Origin: Scyliorhinus canicula
Lineage: Eukaryota
NCBI RefSeq assembly: GCF_902713615.1
Contig: NC_052151.1
Span: 103,561,304 to 103,625,303 of the forward strand
Length of the DNA: 64,000 nt
Reading direction: 5' to 3'
The notes beneath the pieces are model-generated. The model did not search any database. It was not told the origin of the DNA and saw only the letters and a list, made by a program, of their open reading frames with translations. A program made the translations under genes and the position numbers. Below, piece after piece: positions 1 to 12,809 of this stretch. How positions within the stretch are numbered: position 1 is the stretch's first letter; each line of letters begins with the position of its first letter.

Positions 1-310
1 GCAGCAGAATTCTTCTGGAATTTCAGATTTATGGAGTGCAAAATTAAGAAAGACCAAAAGACATAGGAGCAAAATTAGGCCGTTCGGCTCATCGAGCCAG
101 CTCCGCCATACAATCATGGCATCAGAAATGAAGAATGCCAAAAAGCAGAGAATGACTGCACCATTCTCTTCCCCGCAACCTGGTAAAAGGAAATAGAGCA
201 GCAAAAATAACTTATGGGCATGTCGCATTTCATGTATTTAACTGTCTTTTTAACATTAATGGAATTGAATTTGTAAAATTAACATGTTTACAGCGCGACA
301 GGACACAGAG

Positions 311-621
311 CATAGAACATACAGTGCAGAAGGAGGCCATTCAGCCCATCGGGTCTGCACTGACCCACTTAAGCTCTCACTTCCATCCTATCCCCATAAC
401 CCAATTACCTCTCCGCACCTTTTTGGACACTAAGGGCAATTTAGCATGGCCAATCCACCTAACCTGCACGTCTTTGGACTGTGGGACGAAACCGAAGCAC
501 CCAGAGCAGACACGGAGAGAACGTGCAGATTCCACACAGACAGTGACCCAGCAGGGAACCATATCTGGGGCCCTGGCACTGTGAAGCCACAGTGCTAGCC
601 ATGTGTGCTACCGTGCTGCCC
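311..621 (-). mobile_element. HE1-like tRNA-derived SINE (V-SINE) with CR1-like tail
   Basis: Reverse complement has gggcagcacggtagcac head, V-type body and ...gaatggcctccttctgcactgtatgttctatg tail. Confidence 0.85.
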
Positions 622-804
622 AGGAGTTCGTCATTAATACACAGATTTCCTACATGATGAGCCCAAATAATCAGTTGAAATAGCTTTTGCATACTTTTCT
701 CCAGTTATTTATTTTAAGTGAACTTCACAGGTCAAGATTGCACGTGTTCATGATTTGATACAGTAGAACTTTGCCCACGTTCAGACCACGAGTTGAATTT
801 CACT

Positions 805-1030
805 GGGCAGCACGGTGGCACAGTGGTTAGCATTGTTGCCTACGGCGCTGAGGACCCGGGTTCGAATCCCGGCCCTGGGTCACTGTCCGTGTGGAGTTAG
901 CACATTCTCCCCATGTCTGCGTGGGTTCTGCCCCCACAACCCAAAAGATGTGCAAATTAGGTGGATTGGCCATGCTAAATTGCCCCTTAATTGGAAAAGA
1001 TAATTGGGTACTCTAAATTTTTTTAAAAAT
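805..1030 (+). mobile_element. Short AT-tailed tRNA-derived SINE with 15-bp TSD
   Basis: A box tggcacagtgg, B box ggttcgaatcc; TSD gagttgaatttcact at 790-804 and 1031-1045. Confidence 0.9.
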
Positions 1031-2983
1031 GAGTTGAATTTCACTGGCCCCTGGATAACTGGCCACATGGGGTTGCTGGTAAAATGGTGGTAGGCCAAAT
1101 CAGGATGGCTCCCTGGCACAGTCTTGCTGTTAGACCATTTTACCAGTGGCATGACTGGAAGTGAAGAGGCTGACTGCCTCTGGCTGCTGGACTTATTTCA
1201 ATAATTAAGGGTCTCTCAAGTGGCCGTAAGTAGTTTCCCACCATGTGGGTAGACCACCAGCTGCAAGGGGGTAGCTCCCCTTAGGATATGGGGCCCTCAG
1301 AGCTGAAGGGTCCCTGGGGGAACCCGATAGCAAAAGCCACCCCCATGACCCAATGCCACCGTTGGAATCTGCTTGCTTGGTCTGCGGAATTAAAAATATT
1401 TCTTCCTCCCCTGCAAGGACTGCTCAAAATGTAAATGTCTTTCCATCCTCCTTGCAACTTTACTATCGCAAAACTACGTCATATTTTTTGCTATGGGTCA
1501 TAGATTATAGCTTCAAAAAATCAATATAAAGTATGGTAACTGTATTGTTATACAGGGATAACAATCTCTATAATTTAATCAAAATTCTACTGCTGTGCCA
1601 CTATGGGAATCATTTTTTAAAATTTGGCCTAAGTGCCTTTAAGCTAAAGGTTTCACTGTAATGTTTATATGTGGCAATTCCTCTTGCAATCTGTTAATTA
1701 TAAGTGCTGAAGTTGCATTAAAGGCATTGGTGGATAGTCTACAAATTTGGAGTTTTGATGTAAGGGCCGAATGGCCCCCCGCTCCTATTTTCTAAAATGT
1801 AATTCAGCAAACGCTCAAGAGGTGATGATCATTTAAAAAACTCAGTAGCAGAAGTTTTACAGGTGACAAGGACGTGTATTACCTCGCCTAAATGGTCATT
1901 TTATACATCTCCAACAAGCTACTCAAAAAGGGGTGGACATTTCAGCTGAGCCCAATCCTGTCTTTACTGTGCATCCACACATATACGCTGTAGAATTGCT
2001 GTTTATCAATGGTAGAAACCATCCCTGCTAGCACACATAGAAGCTCTAGGACCAAATGCATAACCTCAGTTGCCTTCATAGCTGAGAATGTTAACTCAGT
2101 ATAAACTTTGAATTGAGGCCTTGTCTCAGGTCTTCCTGATTGAACCATCGGATTCATTCATCATAAACTATGTAATTCAAGTAAACTCACATACATGATA
2201 TAGAAAGGAGGAAAGGGACTTAAAAATAAAATCAGCTGAAACAATTGTCCTCATGAAATTTCACAATTGCATAGCCATTTTAATTTTGCGCATTACTCCT
2301 AATCAATTCCACACACTGGGTGATTCTGAATTACAGCCCTCATTCTTTGACCAGGAAAACAACATGGAGTTGACAGATGTAACATGGGAAATGCAAAACA
2401 CACAACTGAAGCGGCAATAAGTAGGAAATTGAAGTAAATTCCATTGGAGTTTGTATCTGAACATTAAACTTCCCTGTAGTATGAAATTTTAGATTCTACC
2501 CCATCCATTCAATTTCCATAAAAATAAGGATTATTATCCTTTTCTATGACCTACGAAATGCTCAGAGGAAGAAAGGAAAAAAATAAAGCACTGCTGTTAG
2601 GGGCTTTCCATTTTACATTTGGAAATACCTCATTAGTCCACGAGGACAAATTAGGCAATTTGTCTAGGACAAGGATCTAGGAGGCATTACATCTTGCCTT
2701 AAGAACTCTGCCTCAGTAGTTACCATAAGCAGAAAATTGGAACTTTTCTTATATGTCCAGATTGTTATTCTGACTAGAGGAACTTAACCATAGCTTTCAA
2801 CTGGAAAAGCCATAAATATACTGTTGCTTGGTGTACCCTTTGTAAATTCATCCTCAGAAATCTTTGACTTTCATTTCTTCTTCTTTAGTGAACGGAAAGA
2901 AAATTTCAAGGCCTGCAACACTTTTGACGGTCTCCTTGGAGAAACAGAGTAATATTGACTTTTGTAAGCTACATAGAACATAG

Positions 2984-3904
2984 AGGGTGTAGAAGGATGG
3001 GTTAGTAAATTTGCATATGACACGAAGGTCGGTGGAGTTGTGGATAGTGCTGAAGGATGTTATAGGATACAGAGGGACATAGATAAGCTGCAGAGCTGGG
3101 CTGAGAGGTGGCAGATGGAGTTTAATGCGGAAAAGTGTGAGGTGGTTCACTTTGGAAGGAGTAACAGGAATGCAGAGTACTGGGCTAATGGCAAGATTCT
3201 TGGTAGTGTAGATGAACAGAGAGATCGCGGCATCCAGGTACATAAATCCCTGAAAGTTGCCGCCCAGGTTAATAGGGCTGTTAAGAAGGCATATGGTGTG
3301 CTAGCCTTTATCAGTAGGGGGATTGAGTTTCGGAGCCACAAGGTCATGCTGCAGCTGTACATAACTCTGGTGCGGCCGCTCCTGGAGTACTGCGTGCAGT
3401 TCTGGTCACCACATTATAGGAAGGATGTGGAAGCTTTGGAAAGGGTTCAGAGGAGATTTACTAGGATGTTGCCTGGTATGGAGGGAAGGTCTTACGAGGA
3501 AAGGCTCAGGGACTTGAGGTTGTTTTTGTTAGAGAGGAGAAGGCTAAGAGGTGACTTAATAGAGACATATAAGATAGTCAGAGGGTTAGATAAGGTGGAC
3601 GGTGAGAGTCTCTTTCCTCGGATGGTGATGACCAACACGAGGGGACATAGCTTTAAATTGAGGGGTGGTAGATATAGGACAGATGTCAGAGGCAGTTTCT
3701 TTACTCAGAGAGCAGTAGGGGTGTGGAACGCCCTGCCTGCAACAGTAGTAGACTCGCCAACTTTAAGGGCATTTAAGTGGTCACTGGATAGACATATGGA
3801 TGAAAATGGAATAGTGTAGGTCAGATAGGCTTCAGATGGTTTCACAGGTTGGCGCAACATTGAGGGCCGAAGGGCCCGTACTGCGCTGTAATGTTCTATG
3901 TTCT
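2984..3904 (+). mobile_element. 5'-truncated young CR1 LINE (ORF2 C-terminus and 3' tail)
   Basis: ORF 3040-3819 CR1 RT C-terminus (...GVWNALP...FK); near-identical to 9541-10463; (atgttct)n tail. Confidence 0.93.
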
Positions 3905-4109
3905 AATAAAGTCTGTTTGGTGTATTCTTTAAAGGCACGGCACAAATAAAAATATATTTTGTTGTGGTATGTTGACAGGTGTGACAAAGTGAGACATTAT
4001 TCTAATGCTTTTGGTCAATGCCACAAATATCATCCCCAAGCCTCCAGCGGCTCCCTGGTAAATATTTGCACCTGAACCAGAATGTTTGCAACCGTTGTAT
4101 TTCATTTGA

Positions 4110-4270
4110 CTTCTAATCACATATCCATGCCATCACTAAGATCACCTACTTCCACCTCCAAAACATTGCTCGACTCTGCCCCTGTCTCAGCTCCTCTGGT
4201 GCTGAAACTCCCATCCTTGCCGTTGTTATTTCCAGACATGACTATTTCACTGTCTGGGCTTCCATCTTTC
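4110..4270 (+). mobile_element. Old L2-like LINE fragment
   Basis: Reads HIHAITKITYFHLQNIARLCPCLSSSGAET..SRHDY, typical of the L2 ORF2 C-terminal region. Confidence 0.55.
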
Positions 4271-4985
4271 AACTTCACTGTATCGAAGTTCAATTTCCAA
4301 CAGATATTGAGTGTCAATTCTATCAAGATGTCTACTTCGAATTCTCGGCTCGTCAGAGAATATCCAAAAGGATACTGGATATCCTTGCTGCAAGCAAACT
4401 GATCAAGCCAAAGCTTTCTCTTTTGCAAATGTTAGGGTGGCATTCACACTATTGAAGGTCTTGCTAAGTCTGAAAATGGTACACAAGGTTAATGTGTATC
4501 TCGGTGTTTGGAAAAGATAGTAAAATTGAGTATTAAAAACTGAGAAGAGATCAGTGGAGAAAAAATGTTGACTTTTATTTCTTCATCATGTCATGTCAAA
4601 CATTTTATTGCAAAAAGGCCTTAAAAATGACAATAACTTTGTTTGAATTTTTAAAGTACCAATGGGTGATTTATTTTTCACTCTTTCTCATCATTCCCAG
4701 ATCCTGTTCAGGTAAATTCCTATTTTTCATGCAGGTTCAATTTTAGATATCTACACTATTTCAAATATTTTGTTGGTTGCAACATTGGAGCTTATTTTCT
4801 GCAGACTAAAAATGTTTCCAAAACCCAGTGCTGGGAAGAAAACTATTTGTGATTGATAAATTTATTATTTTTTCTCCTCTCACTCTCTCCATCATGAAAC
4901 CACCATTTCTACTGAAAAAAGCAGAGTGCCTTCTCCACTCCATTAAACATACACACAGTCACAGCTTGTTTACATAGCTATTAAA

Positions 4986-5010
4986 CATGCAAAACACACA
5001 AAGTCATGCA
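4986..5010 (-). promoter_or_regulatory. Pair of RBFOX motifs (TGCATG) 30-55 nt downstream of the 36-nt microexon
   Basis: catgca on + at 4986-4991 and 5005-5010 (third at 4728-4733) = UGCAUG in the pre-mRNA. Confidence 0.6.
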
Positions 5011-5040
5011 TCAGTTGAGGATATAGGGTTCAGTCCTCAC

Positions 5041-5076
5041 CTAACACAGCAGTCGGAACAAGTGGATCATTAGGCA
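5041..5076 (-). CDS. PTPRK: PTPRK 36-nt cassette microexon encoding LPNDPLVPTAVL (phase 1 to 1)
   Basis: gttttcctacag|TGCCTAATGATCCACTTGTTCCGACTGCTGTGTTAG|gtgagg; in frame after ...FSPR; matches the alternatively spliced PTPRK/PTPRM insert as recalled. Confidence 0.93.
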   Translation of the reverse strand, partial: CLMIHLFRLLC

Positions 5077-6382
5077 CTGTAGGAAAACATATCTCATGAA
5101 AAAAACAGACCTGCATCAATTATTTTTTATGACAGAAGTGACATATTATTTTGAACTTCTGAAATTCAGTGCAAAGAGAATTACAGGTCAACCATTTCAG
5201 ACTTTAATATAAGCTCGTGAAAAAGACCAGCATTAAGGCTGCTTGCATCCATAGATAAAATTCGGAAGTGCTTTCTGCTAAAATCCTGTTTGTATTAAAA
5301 AGCAGTAGCAAAAAGAAAAAATGTAGACTATTAATGGGATTCAGACAGATGGTCAATTATCTAGCTGATTTAGAAATTAGACAGGTATTCATTACCAGAC
5401 AGATTAGCCAAAGAATTATTAAGGCTGCAATAGCACAATTGACTTTTGGTTTCAGCTTTGTTTTTTAATTGCTTGATAGAATTGACAAAGAACTGTCAAA
5501 AAAGACAAAACTCAGTTTTAAATTAATGTATTCCACATTTTTTCTAATACAATGCCACTACATTCTGATACATTCTTATTTATGTTGTCTTGTAGAGTAC
5601 TGGTAATTGATTTGTAAAACCACGTAATCTTTTGAAGAGATCAGATTACACCACAATAAATCTTCTGTCCAATAATATGAAACTGAGATTTTCATCCACT
5701 TTTGCTACCATTAACTGCATTTTGATTACCTATAATTATAGAGGAAGCCCATTATACTTACTGAACAGTGAGAAAAGGGGAGCATGTGAGAGGAGATAGT
5801 GATAGCCCGGTAGCTCTATAATAAAATTAGAAACTTAACTACCTGCAACTATCCATGCCATCTAAACATTGGGCAGAAAACATCAATGATGGATATCATT
5901 AACAAAAGACGACAAATAAATGTGCATGCTGGTCAAATTGCAGTATCTTAAAATGTTCAGATTCAGTTTCTTGATCCATTTCAAGGTATAGGAAAGACTG
6001 AGTGATGCATTTGTATAATGTCTATAGCCGAAGAAAGCAGCAGCAACCCATCTCCATCATTAAAATGTACTTTTTAGTTTAAAACAAAATGGGAAGAGAG
6101 CTCATTCTCCAGATATATTTCACACTTAGTCATTATTATAGTTCAGAAGGCCATGTGGTGAGAGCTTATGTAGCACGCTTTTTGTTTCAATGATTCTTTC
6201 ATATTTTCCACCATTGAACAGAAAGTTGGAAAAATTCTAGCTCGGAAAAACAAGTATAAATAATGGGAGAGCACATTTCTACTTCAAATATTTGAAAAGA
6301 AAATCATTGAAAACATAAATACTATTTTAAAATTACAAAATGCAATTTCTTCCCCATTACTTAATTTTTTTGGCCTTCTTAT

Positions 6383-6563
6383 GCAGCATGGTGGCGCAGT
6401 GGTTAGCACTGCTGCCTCGCGGTGCCAAGGACCCGGGTTCAATCCTGTCCATGTGGAGTTTGTACATTCCCCCTGTGTATGCGCGGATCTCACCACAACA
6501 ACCCAAAGATATTCAGGGTTGATGGATTGCCCACGCTAAATTGCCCCATAATTGGAAAAAAAA
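6383..6563 (+). mobile_element. Short AT-tailed tRNA-derived SINE
   Basis: Same head, body and aattggaaaaaa tail as 805-1030. Confidence 0.8.
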
Positions 6564-6932
6564 TGTCTCTCACCGAAGGCATGAGTGTTATAACCTGTCT
6601 GAATACTATTGGCTGGGGACTATGGGTTATCCCATAATGTATTTTAGTTTTTTCTTGGGGAGTATGAGCTCCCCCAAAGAAGTGGGGGGGGGGGGGGGGG
6701 GGGGGGGGCAAATCATTAGCAGTTTCACCTGCATAAATACAGCTGGCCGCTATGGTATCAACTAGAGTAGGAAGCAGTGAAGTACTGCTGCTGTGTACAC
6801 ATTATCGTAAATAAAGTTCTTTTCTTCTACAAACTTGTGCTGGATTCTTCGTGGCCCTCACAAAACAAAGGTACCAACAGTTTTCCTGTACTGCAACCTT
6901 TCCAATATGAACCTTCACAATAGGTATCATAT

Positions 6933-9900
6933 AGGAGGGTTTTCTGACACAGTATGTAGACAGGCCAACAAGGGGCGAGGCCACATTGGATTTGGTACTG
7001 GGTAATGAACCCGGCCAGGTGTTAGATTTAGATGTAGGTGAGCACTTTGGTGATAGTGATCACAATTCGGTTATGTTTACTTTAGGACCTATACATGGAC
7101 GACAGGATCGCAACACTGGACGAACTGACAGAGAAATTTTGGCTAGCTGGGGGGAACGAGCTACGGTACCTGCAGCTCAAAAACTTCCTACGAAAGGAGA
7201 CAAGGACGTACCCACAACCGCCACGACAGACACTACTGGAAGACCTACTGGACGCAAGTATCCTAGAGAAAGGGAACTGTAGCGACATGTATGACCGACT
7301 GGTAGAAAGGGACGACACCGTACTGGACGCAACAAGAATGAAACGGGAGGACGACCTGGGGATTGAGATAGGGTGGGGACACTGGAGTGAAGCACTGCAT
7401 AGGGTCAACTCCACCTCCACATGCGCAAGGTCAGCCTGACGCAACTAAAAGTGGTACATAGAGCCCACTTAACAAGGAACCGTATGAGTAGGTTCTTCCC
7501 GGAGGTGGAGGACAGATGTGAACGGTGCCAAAGAGGCCCGGCCAACCACGCCCACATGTTCTGGTCTTGCCCCAGACTTGTGAAGTACTGGACAGCCTTC
7601 TTCGAGGCTATGTCCAAAGTGGTGGGGGTGAGGGTGGAGCCATGCCCGATAGTGGCGGTCTTCGGGGTTTCAGACCAGCCAGATCTATTCCTGGGGAGGG
7701 CGGACGCCCTTGCCTTTGCCTCCCTGATCGCCCGCCGTAGAATCCTGTTTGGCTGGCGGTCAGCAGCACCACCCAGAGCTGCAGACTGGCTGTCCGACCT
7801 TTCGGAATCTCTCCAAATGGAGAAAATCAAATTCGCCATCCGAGGATCGGACGACGGCTTCCACAGAACGTGGGAGCCAGTCATGCAATTGTTCCGGGAC
7901 CTGTTTGTGGCCAACGTACAAGAGGAAGAATAGTCAGGTGGCCAAGAATCAGGGGAAAATGGACGGGAATCGGGGGAGGGTTACGGGTTCGTTATGGGGG
8001 TTTGATGGCTAGCTAAGCCCCAAAACCAAACTGTAAATAAATGCCTATAAACATGTGCCTCGGCCATATCGGGGAATGAAAAATATGTAAGCCGGCTAAA
8101 GGGGGTGGCCACAGTTTTTATTACGAAGATGCTTACCTGTAAATATACATGTTAATTTTTGCGTGTTTTTTTCTCTCTCTAATAATTTGTTATTTGTTCA
8201 ATATAAAATATGAAAACTCAATAAAAAACATTTAAAAACAAAAATGTTTACTTTAGCAATGGGCAGGGATAGGTATATACCGCAAGGCAAGAATTATAGC
8301 TGGGGGAAAGGCAATTATGATGCTATTCGGCAAGATTTAGGATGTATAGGATGGCGAAGGAAACTGCAGGGGATGGGTACAATCGAAATGTGGAGCTTTT
8401 TCAAGGAACAGCTACTGCGTGTCCTTGATAAGTATGTACCTGTCAGGCAGGGAGGAAGTTGTCGAGCAAGCGACCCGTGGTTTACTAAGGAAGCTGAAGC
8501 ACTTGTCAAGAGGAAGAAGAAGGCTTATGTTAGGATGAGACATGAAGGCTCAGTTCGGGCACTTGAGAGTTACAAGTTAGCCAGGAAGGACCTAAAGGGA
8601 GAGTTAAGAAGTGCGAGGAGAGGACACGAAAAGTCGTTGGCGGATAGGATCAAGGAAAACTCTAAGGCTTTTTATACGTATATCAGGAACAAAAGAATGA
8701 CTAGAGTAAGATTAGGGCCAATCAAGGATAGTAGTGGAAAGTTGTGTGTGGAATCAGAGGAGGTAGGGGAAGCGTTAAATGGATATTTTTCGTCAGTGTT
8801 TACACTGGGGAAAGACAATGTTGTCGAGGAGAATACTCAGGTTCAGTCGACCAGGCTAGATGGAATTAAGGTTCACAAGGGGGAGGTGTTAGCAATTTTG
8901 GAAAATGTAAAAATAGATAAGTCCCCTGGGCCAGATGGGATTTATCCTAGGATTCTCTGGGAAGCCAGGGAGGAGATTGCAGAGCCTTTGTCCTTGATCT
9001 TTATGTCGTCTTTGTTGACAGGAATAGTGCCGGAAGACTGGAGGATAACAAATGTTGTCCCCTTGTTCAAGAAGGAGTAGAGACAACCCTGGTAATTATA
9101 GACCTGTGAGCCTTACTTTGGTTGTGGGTAAAATGTTGGAAAAGGTTACAAGAGATAGGGTTTATAATCATCTTGAAAAGAACAAGTTGATTAGCGATAG
9201 TCAACACGGTTTTGTGAAGGGTAGGTCATGCCTCACAAACCTTATTGAATTTTTTGAGAAGGTGACCAAACAGGTGGATGAGGGTAAAACGGTTGATGTG
9301 GTGTATATGGATTTCAGTAAGGCGTTTGATAAGGTTCCCCACGGTAGGCTATTGCAGAAAATAAGGAAGTATGGGATTGAAGGTGATTTAGCGGTTTGGA
9401 TCAGTAATTGGCTAGCTGAAAGAAGACAGAGGATGGTGGTTGATGGCAAATGTTCATCCTGGAGTTCAGTTACTAGTGGTGTACGGCAAGGATCTGTTTT
9501 GGGGCCACTGCTGTTTGTCATTTTTATAAATGACCTGGAAGAGGGTGTAGAAGGATGGGTTAGTAAATTTGCAGATGACACAAAGGTCGGTGGAGTTGTG
9601 GATAGTGCTGAAGGATGTTATAGGATACAGAGGGACATAGATAAGCTGCAGAGCTGGGCTGAGAGGTGGCAGATGGAGTTTAATGCGGAAAAGTGTGAGG
9701 TGGTTCACTTTGGAAGGAGTAACAGGAATGCAGAGTACTGGGCTAATGGCAAGATTCTTGGTAGTGTAGATGAACAGAGAGATCTCGGCATCCAGGTACA
9801 TAAATCCCTGAAAGTTGCCGCCCAGGTTAATAGGGCTGTTAAGAAGGCATATGGTGTGCTAGCCTTTATCAGTAGGGGGATTGAGTTTCGGAGCCACAAG

Positions 9901-10463
9901 GTCATGCTGCAGCTGTACATAACTCTGGTGCGGCCGCTCCTGGAGTACTGCGTGCAGTTCTGGTCACCACATTATAGGAAGGATGTGGAAGCTTTGGAAA
10001 GGGTTCAGAGGAGATTTACTAGGATGTTGCCTGGTATGGAGGGAAGGTCTTACGAGGAAAGGCTCAGGGACTTGAGGTTGTTTTCGTTAGAGAGGAGAAG
10101 GCTGAGAGGTGACTTAATAGAGACATATAAGATAGTCAGAGGGTTAGATAGGGTGGACAGTGAGAGTCTCTTTCCTCGGATGGTGATGACCAACACGAGG
10201 GGACATAGCTTTAAATTGAGGGGTGGTAGATATAGGACAGATGTTAGAGGCAGTTTCTTTACTCAGAGAGTAGTAGGGGTGTGGAACGCCCTAACTACAA
10301 CAGTAGTAGACTCGCCAGCTTTAAGGGCATTTAAGTGGTCACTGGATAGACATAGGGATGAAAATGGAATAGTGTAGGTCAGATAGGCTTCAGATGGTTT
10401 CACAGGTCGGCGCAACATCGAGGGCCGAAGGGCCCGTACTGCGCTGTAATGTTCTATGTTCTA
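6933..10463 (+). mobile_element. Young CR1 LINE (ORF2 EN C-terminus to RT to tail), interrupted by an L1 and frameshifted near 9075
   Basis: LDLVLGNEPGQV..GDSDHN, KSPGPDGIYPRIL, QHGF..GRSCLTNL, YMDFSKAFDKV, KFADDTK motifs. Confidence 0.95.
7086..8243 (+). mobile_element. 5'-truncated L1-clade LINE (C-terminal Cys domain, 3' UTR, A-rich tail) inserted in CR1
   Basis: CERCQRGPANHAHMFWSC zinc-knuckle; aataaa and A tail; TSD atgtttactttag 7073-7085 and 8244-8256. Confidence 0.93.
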
Positions 10464-11159
10464 TCATCAATGGGAGCATCTCAGCCAAACCTGATCCTAT
10501 TCGCACTTGACATTGAGGCAAGCACACCTTCCGGCAGTGGCAAAGTTATCAGCAATATGCATCTTGCAGATTTTTCTCTCCTAATAAAAGTTTGTTTTGG
10601 AAAGGCTGTCTTCTCAACTTCCAGCTTAGTCAACATTAACAAATTAACATGGACTTGGGGCCTAGCAACAAATTGGCGGGTATAGGCAGTTGCTTTTGTA
10701 ATGACTGTTTGATAATTACGTTCCTAGATTAGACGAGTATGAAAGAGTTAAATTAATGAAAGTGAAGTTATGGTTTAAGCAGCATCATTTAAACTTTGTA
10801 TCCATCAATGCACTTTTTACTGACTCAAGCAACTTTAAACTAAACCAGCTAACCAAGGCAGTTAAGGCATATCGGCAGTTGCAGTGGTACAAGCACTTCA
10901 CAAAGCATACTTTTTTAAAATGTGACCGCCATTGCTAGAAAATTGAATGCGACCGTCAGGTTGCACACAGTATGATCCCATATATGGCTTGCATTCTATT
11001 TGGGATTCTTAACATCTAGTTTTAGTACTCGACTTCAGTTTGATAGCTGATCATCAGGATAGCCCTCCAAGAGTTCAGCATCCCTTCAGTACTGAATTAA
11101 AAATGTAAACCATCTTTACAGCAGTGCAATTCTTTTGCCATGTCTGTGTCCCACTTACG

Positions 11160-12000
11160 AAGGAGAAGGAGTAGACTATTCGGCTCCTCCAGCCTGCTCC
11201 GCCATTTAATAAGATCACCCTTTGCTTCCCAAAAATGTATCCACCTGTATTTTAAACATATTCGAAGACTGCTTCCAAGGCCTTTTCAGGAAGAAAATTC
11301 CAAAGACTTATGGCCCTCAGAGAAAATAATATGTCTCACCTCTGTTTTAAATGGGTGACCCTTTATTTTTAAACAGTGACCCCGAGTTCAAGATTCTTCC
11401 ACAAGGGGAAACATTTTCTCCGAATCATCAAGACCCCAATTAGTTTGTCTCTTACTCTTCTAAGCTCCAGCTGCTATAAGCCTAACCTATCCAACCTTTC
11501 CTCATCAGACTACCTGCCCATTCCAGGTATTAGTCTGCCAAACCTTCTCTGAACTGCTTCTAAGACATATACAGCCTTCTTTAAATAAGGAGACTAATAC
11601 TGTACACAGTATGGCTTCACTACAACTCTGTATAACTGATGCACAACCTCCTTCCTTTTGTGTTCAATTTCCCTCGCAATAAATGGGAACATGCCAATAG
11701 CTTTCCTAATTACTTGCTCTATATGTACCAATTCATGCACAAAGATACCCAGATCCCTCTGCATCTTAGAACTCTGCAATCTCTCAGCAGCTTTTTTATT
11801 CTTTCAGTCAAAATGAAAGAATAATTTCACATTTTCCCACATTGTACTACTCCATTTGCCTGATCTTTGCCTACTCCCTTAGCCTATCTATATCGTTTTG
11901 TAGCCTCCTTAAGTCTTCTTCACATCTTACTTTTCAACCTATCTTTACATCATTAGCAAATTTAGCAACCAACTTTCCATCCCAGTCATTTATATAAATC
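11160..12000 (-). mobile_element. Old CR1 LINE fragment
   Basis: Reverse complement reads QRDLGIFVH..RKAIGMFPFIAREIEHK..QLYRVVVKPYCVQY; CR1 3' end near 11160-11215. Confidence 0.8.
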
Positions 12001-12064
12001 AAGCGATAGGTTGTTTAAACTGGGCTCCCACACTTTAGTCAAAAGCGTGATTCAAATAAATTTT

Positions 12065-12809
12065 TATTTTATTCATTCAGGGCCAGAATTTATTGCCTAT
12101 CCTAATTGCCCTCGAGAAGGTGACAGTTAGCTGCCGTCTTGAACTACTGTAGTCCATGTGGTGTAGGTACACCCAAACTGCTATCAAGAGGGAATTCCAG
12201 GATTTTGACCCAGCAACAGTGAAGTAATGGCAATATTTTTCAAAGTTGAGTGGTTTCATAGAATTATTACAGTGAAGGAGACCATTCAACCCATCGAGTC
12301 TGCATCGACACTCTGAAAGGGCACCCCACTAGGCCCACACGCCTAGCCAATCCCCATAACCCAGTAACCACACGTAACAAATTGGACACAAAGGGGCAAT
12401 TAAGCATGCCAGTCCACTTTTTCTACACATCTGTAGAGTGAAACAGGAGCATACGGAAGAACTCACCCAGACACAGGGAGAACTTGCAAACTCTACACAG
12501 TTACCCAAGACCAGAATTGAATCTGGGTTCCTGGCGCTGTGAGGTAGCAGTAATTATTGTGCCACAGGGGGCACTTTGAAGTGTTTGTGTTTCTAAGTGT
12601 CTTCTGCCCTTGCACTTCCAAATGGTAAAGGACATGGAGTTGAAAGGTGCTGTCCAAGGAGCCATGGTGGGTTCCTATAGTACATCTTGCAGATGGTTAA
12701 CACACCTGTCACTTTGAAGAGAGTGAATGTTTGTAGATGGAGTGCCAATCAATCAGGCTCCTTTTTCCTTGCCAGCATAAAGCTTCTGGAGTTGTTTTTG
12801 GAGCTGCAC
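12065..12809 (-). mobile_element. Old CR1/L2-superfamily LINE 3' region (continues at 17699-17855 beyond the LTR insertion)
   Basis: YFTVAGSKSWNSL motif; ...ggagctgcac|tcatccaggcaag rejoins across the LTR. Confidence 0.7.
12257..12566 (-). mobile_element. HE1-like SINE inserted in the old LINE
   Basis: Same body and tail as 311-621, more diverged. Confidence 0.75.

Noticed and set aside
805-880. tRNA genes at SINE heads
   Set aside because: A/B boxes run directly into SINE bodies; no complete cloverleaf or terminator
759-1660. Tigger-like termini (tacagtagaac / ggtttcactgta)
   Set aside because: Match too short and the interior is unrelated mixed sequence
1-5040. Next PTPRK exons (12-nt VPI-type microexon, DENHSAT exon)
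   Set aside because: No convincing match by eye; probably outside the window
5843-5861. Possible extra microexon (tttag|19 nt|gtagtt)
   Set aside because: 19 nt would frameshift; weak donor; no recognisable peptide
9052-10377. 441-aa ORF as a host gene or active RT
   Set aside because: CR1 ORF2 fragment, 5'-truncated, frameshifted and L1-interrupted
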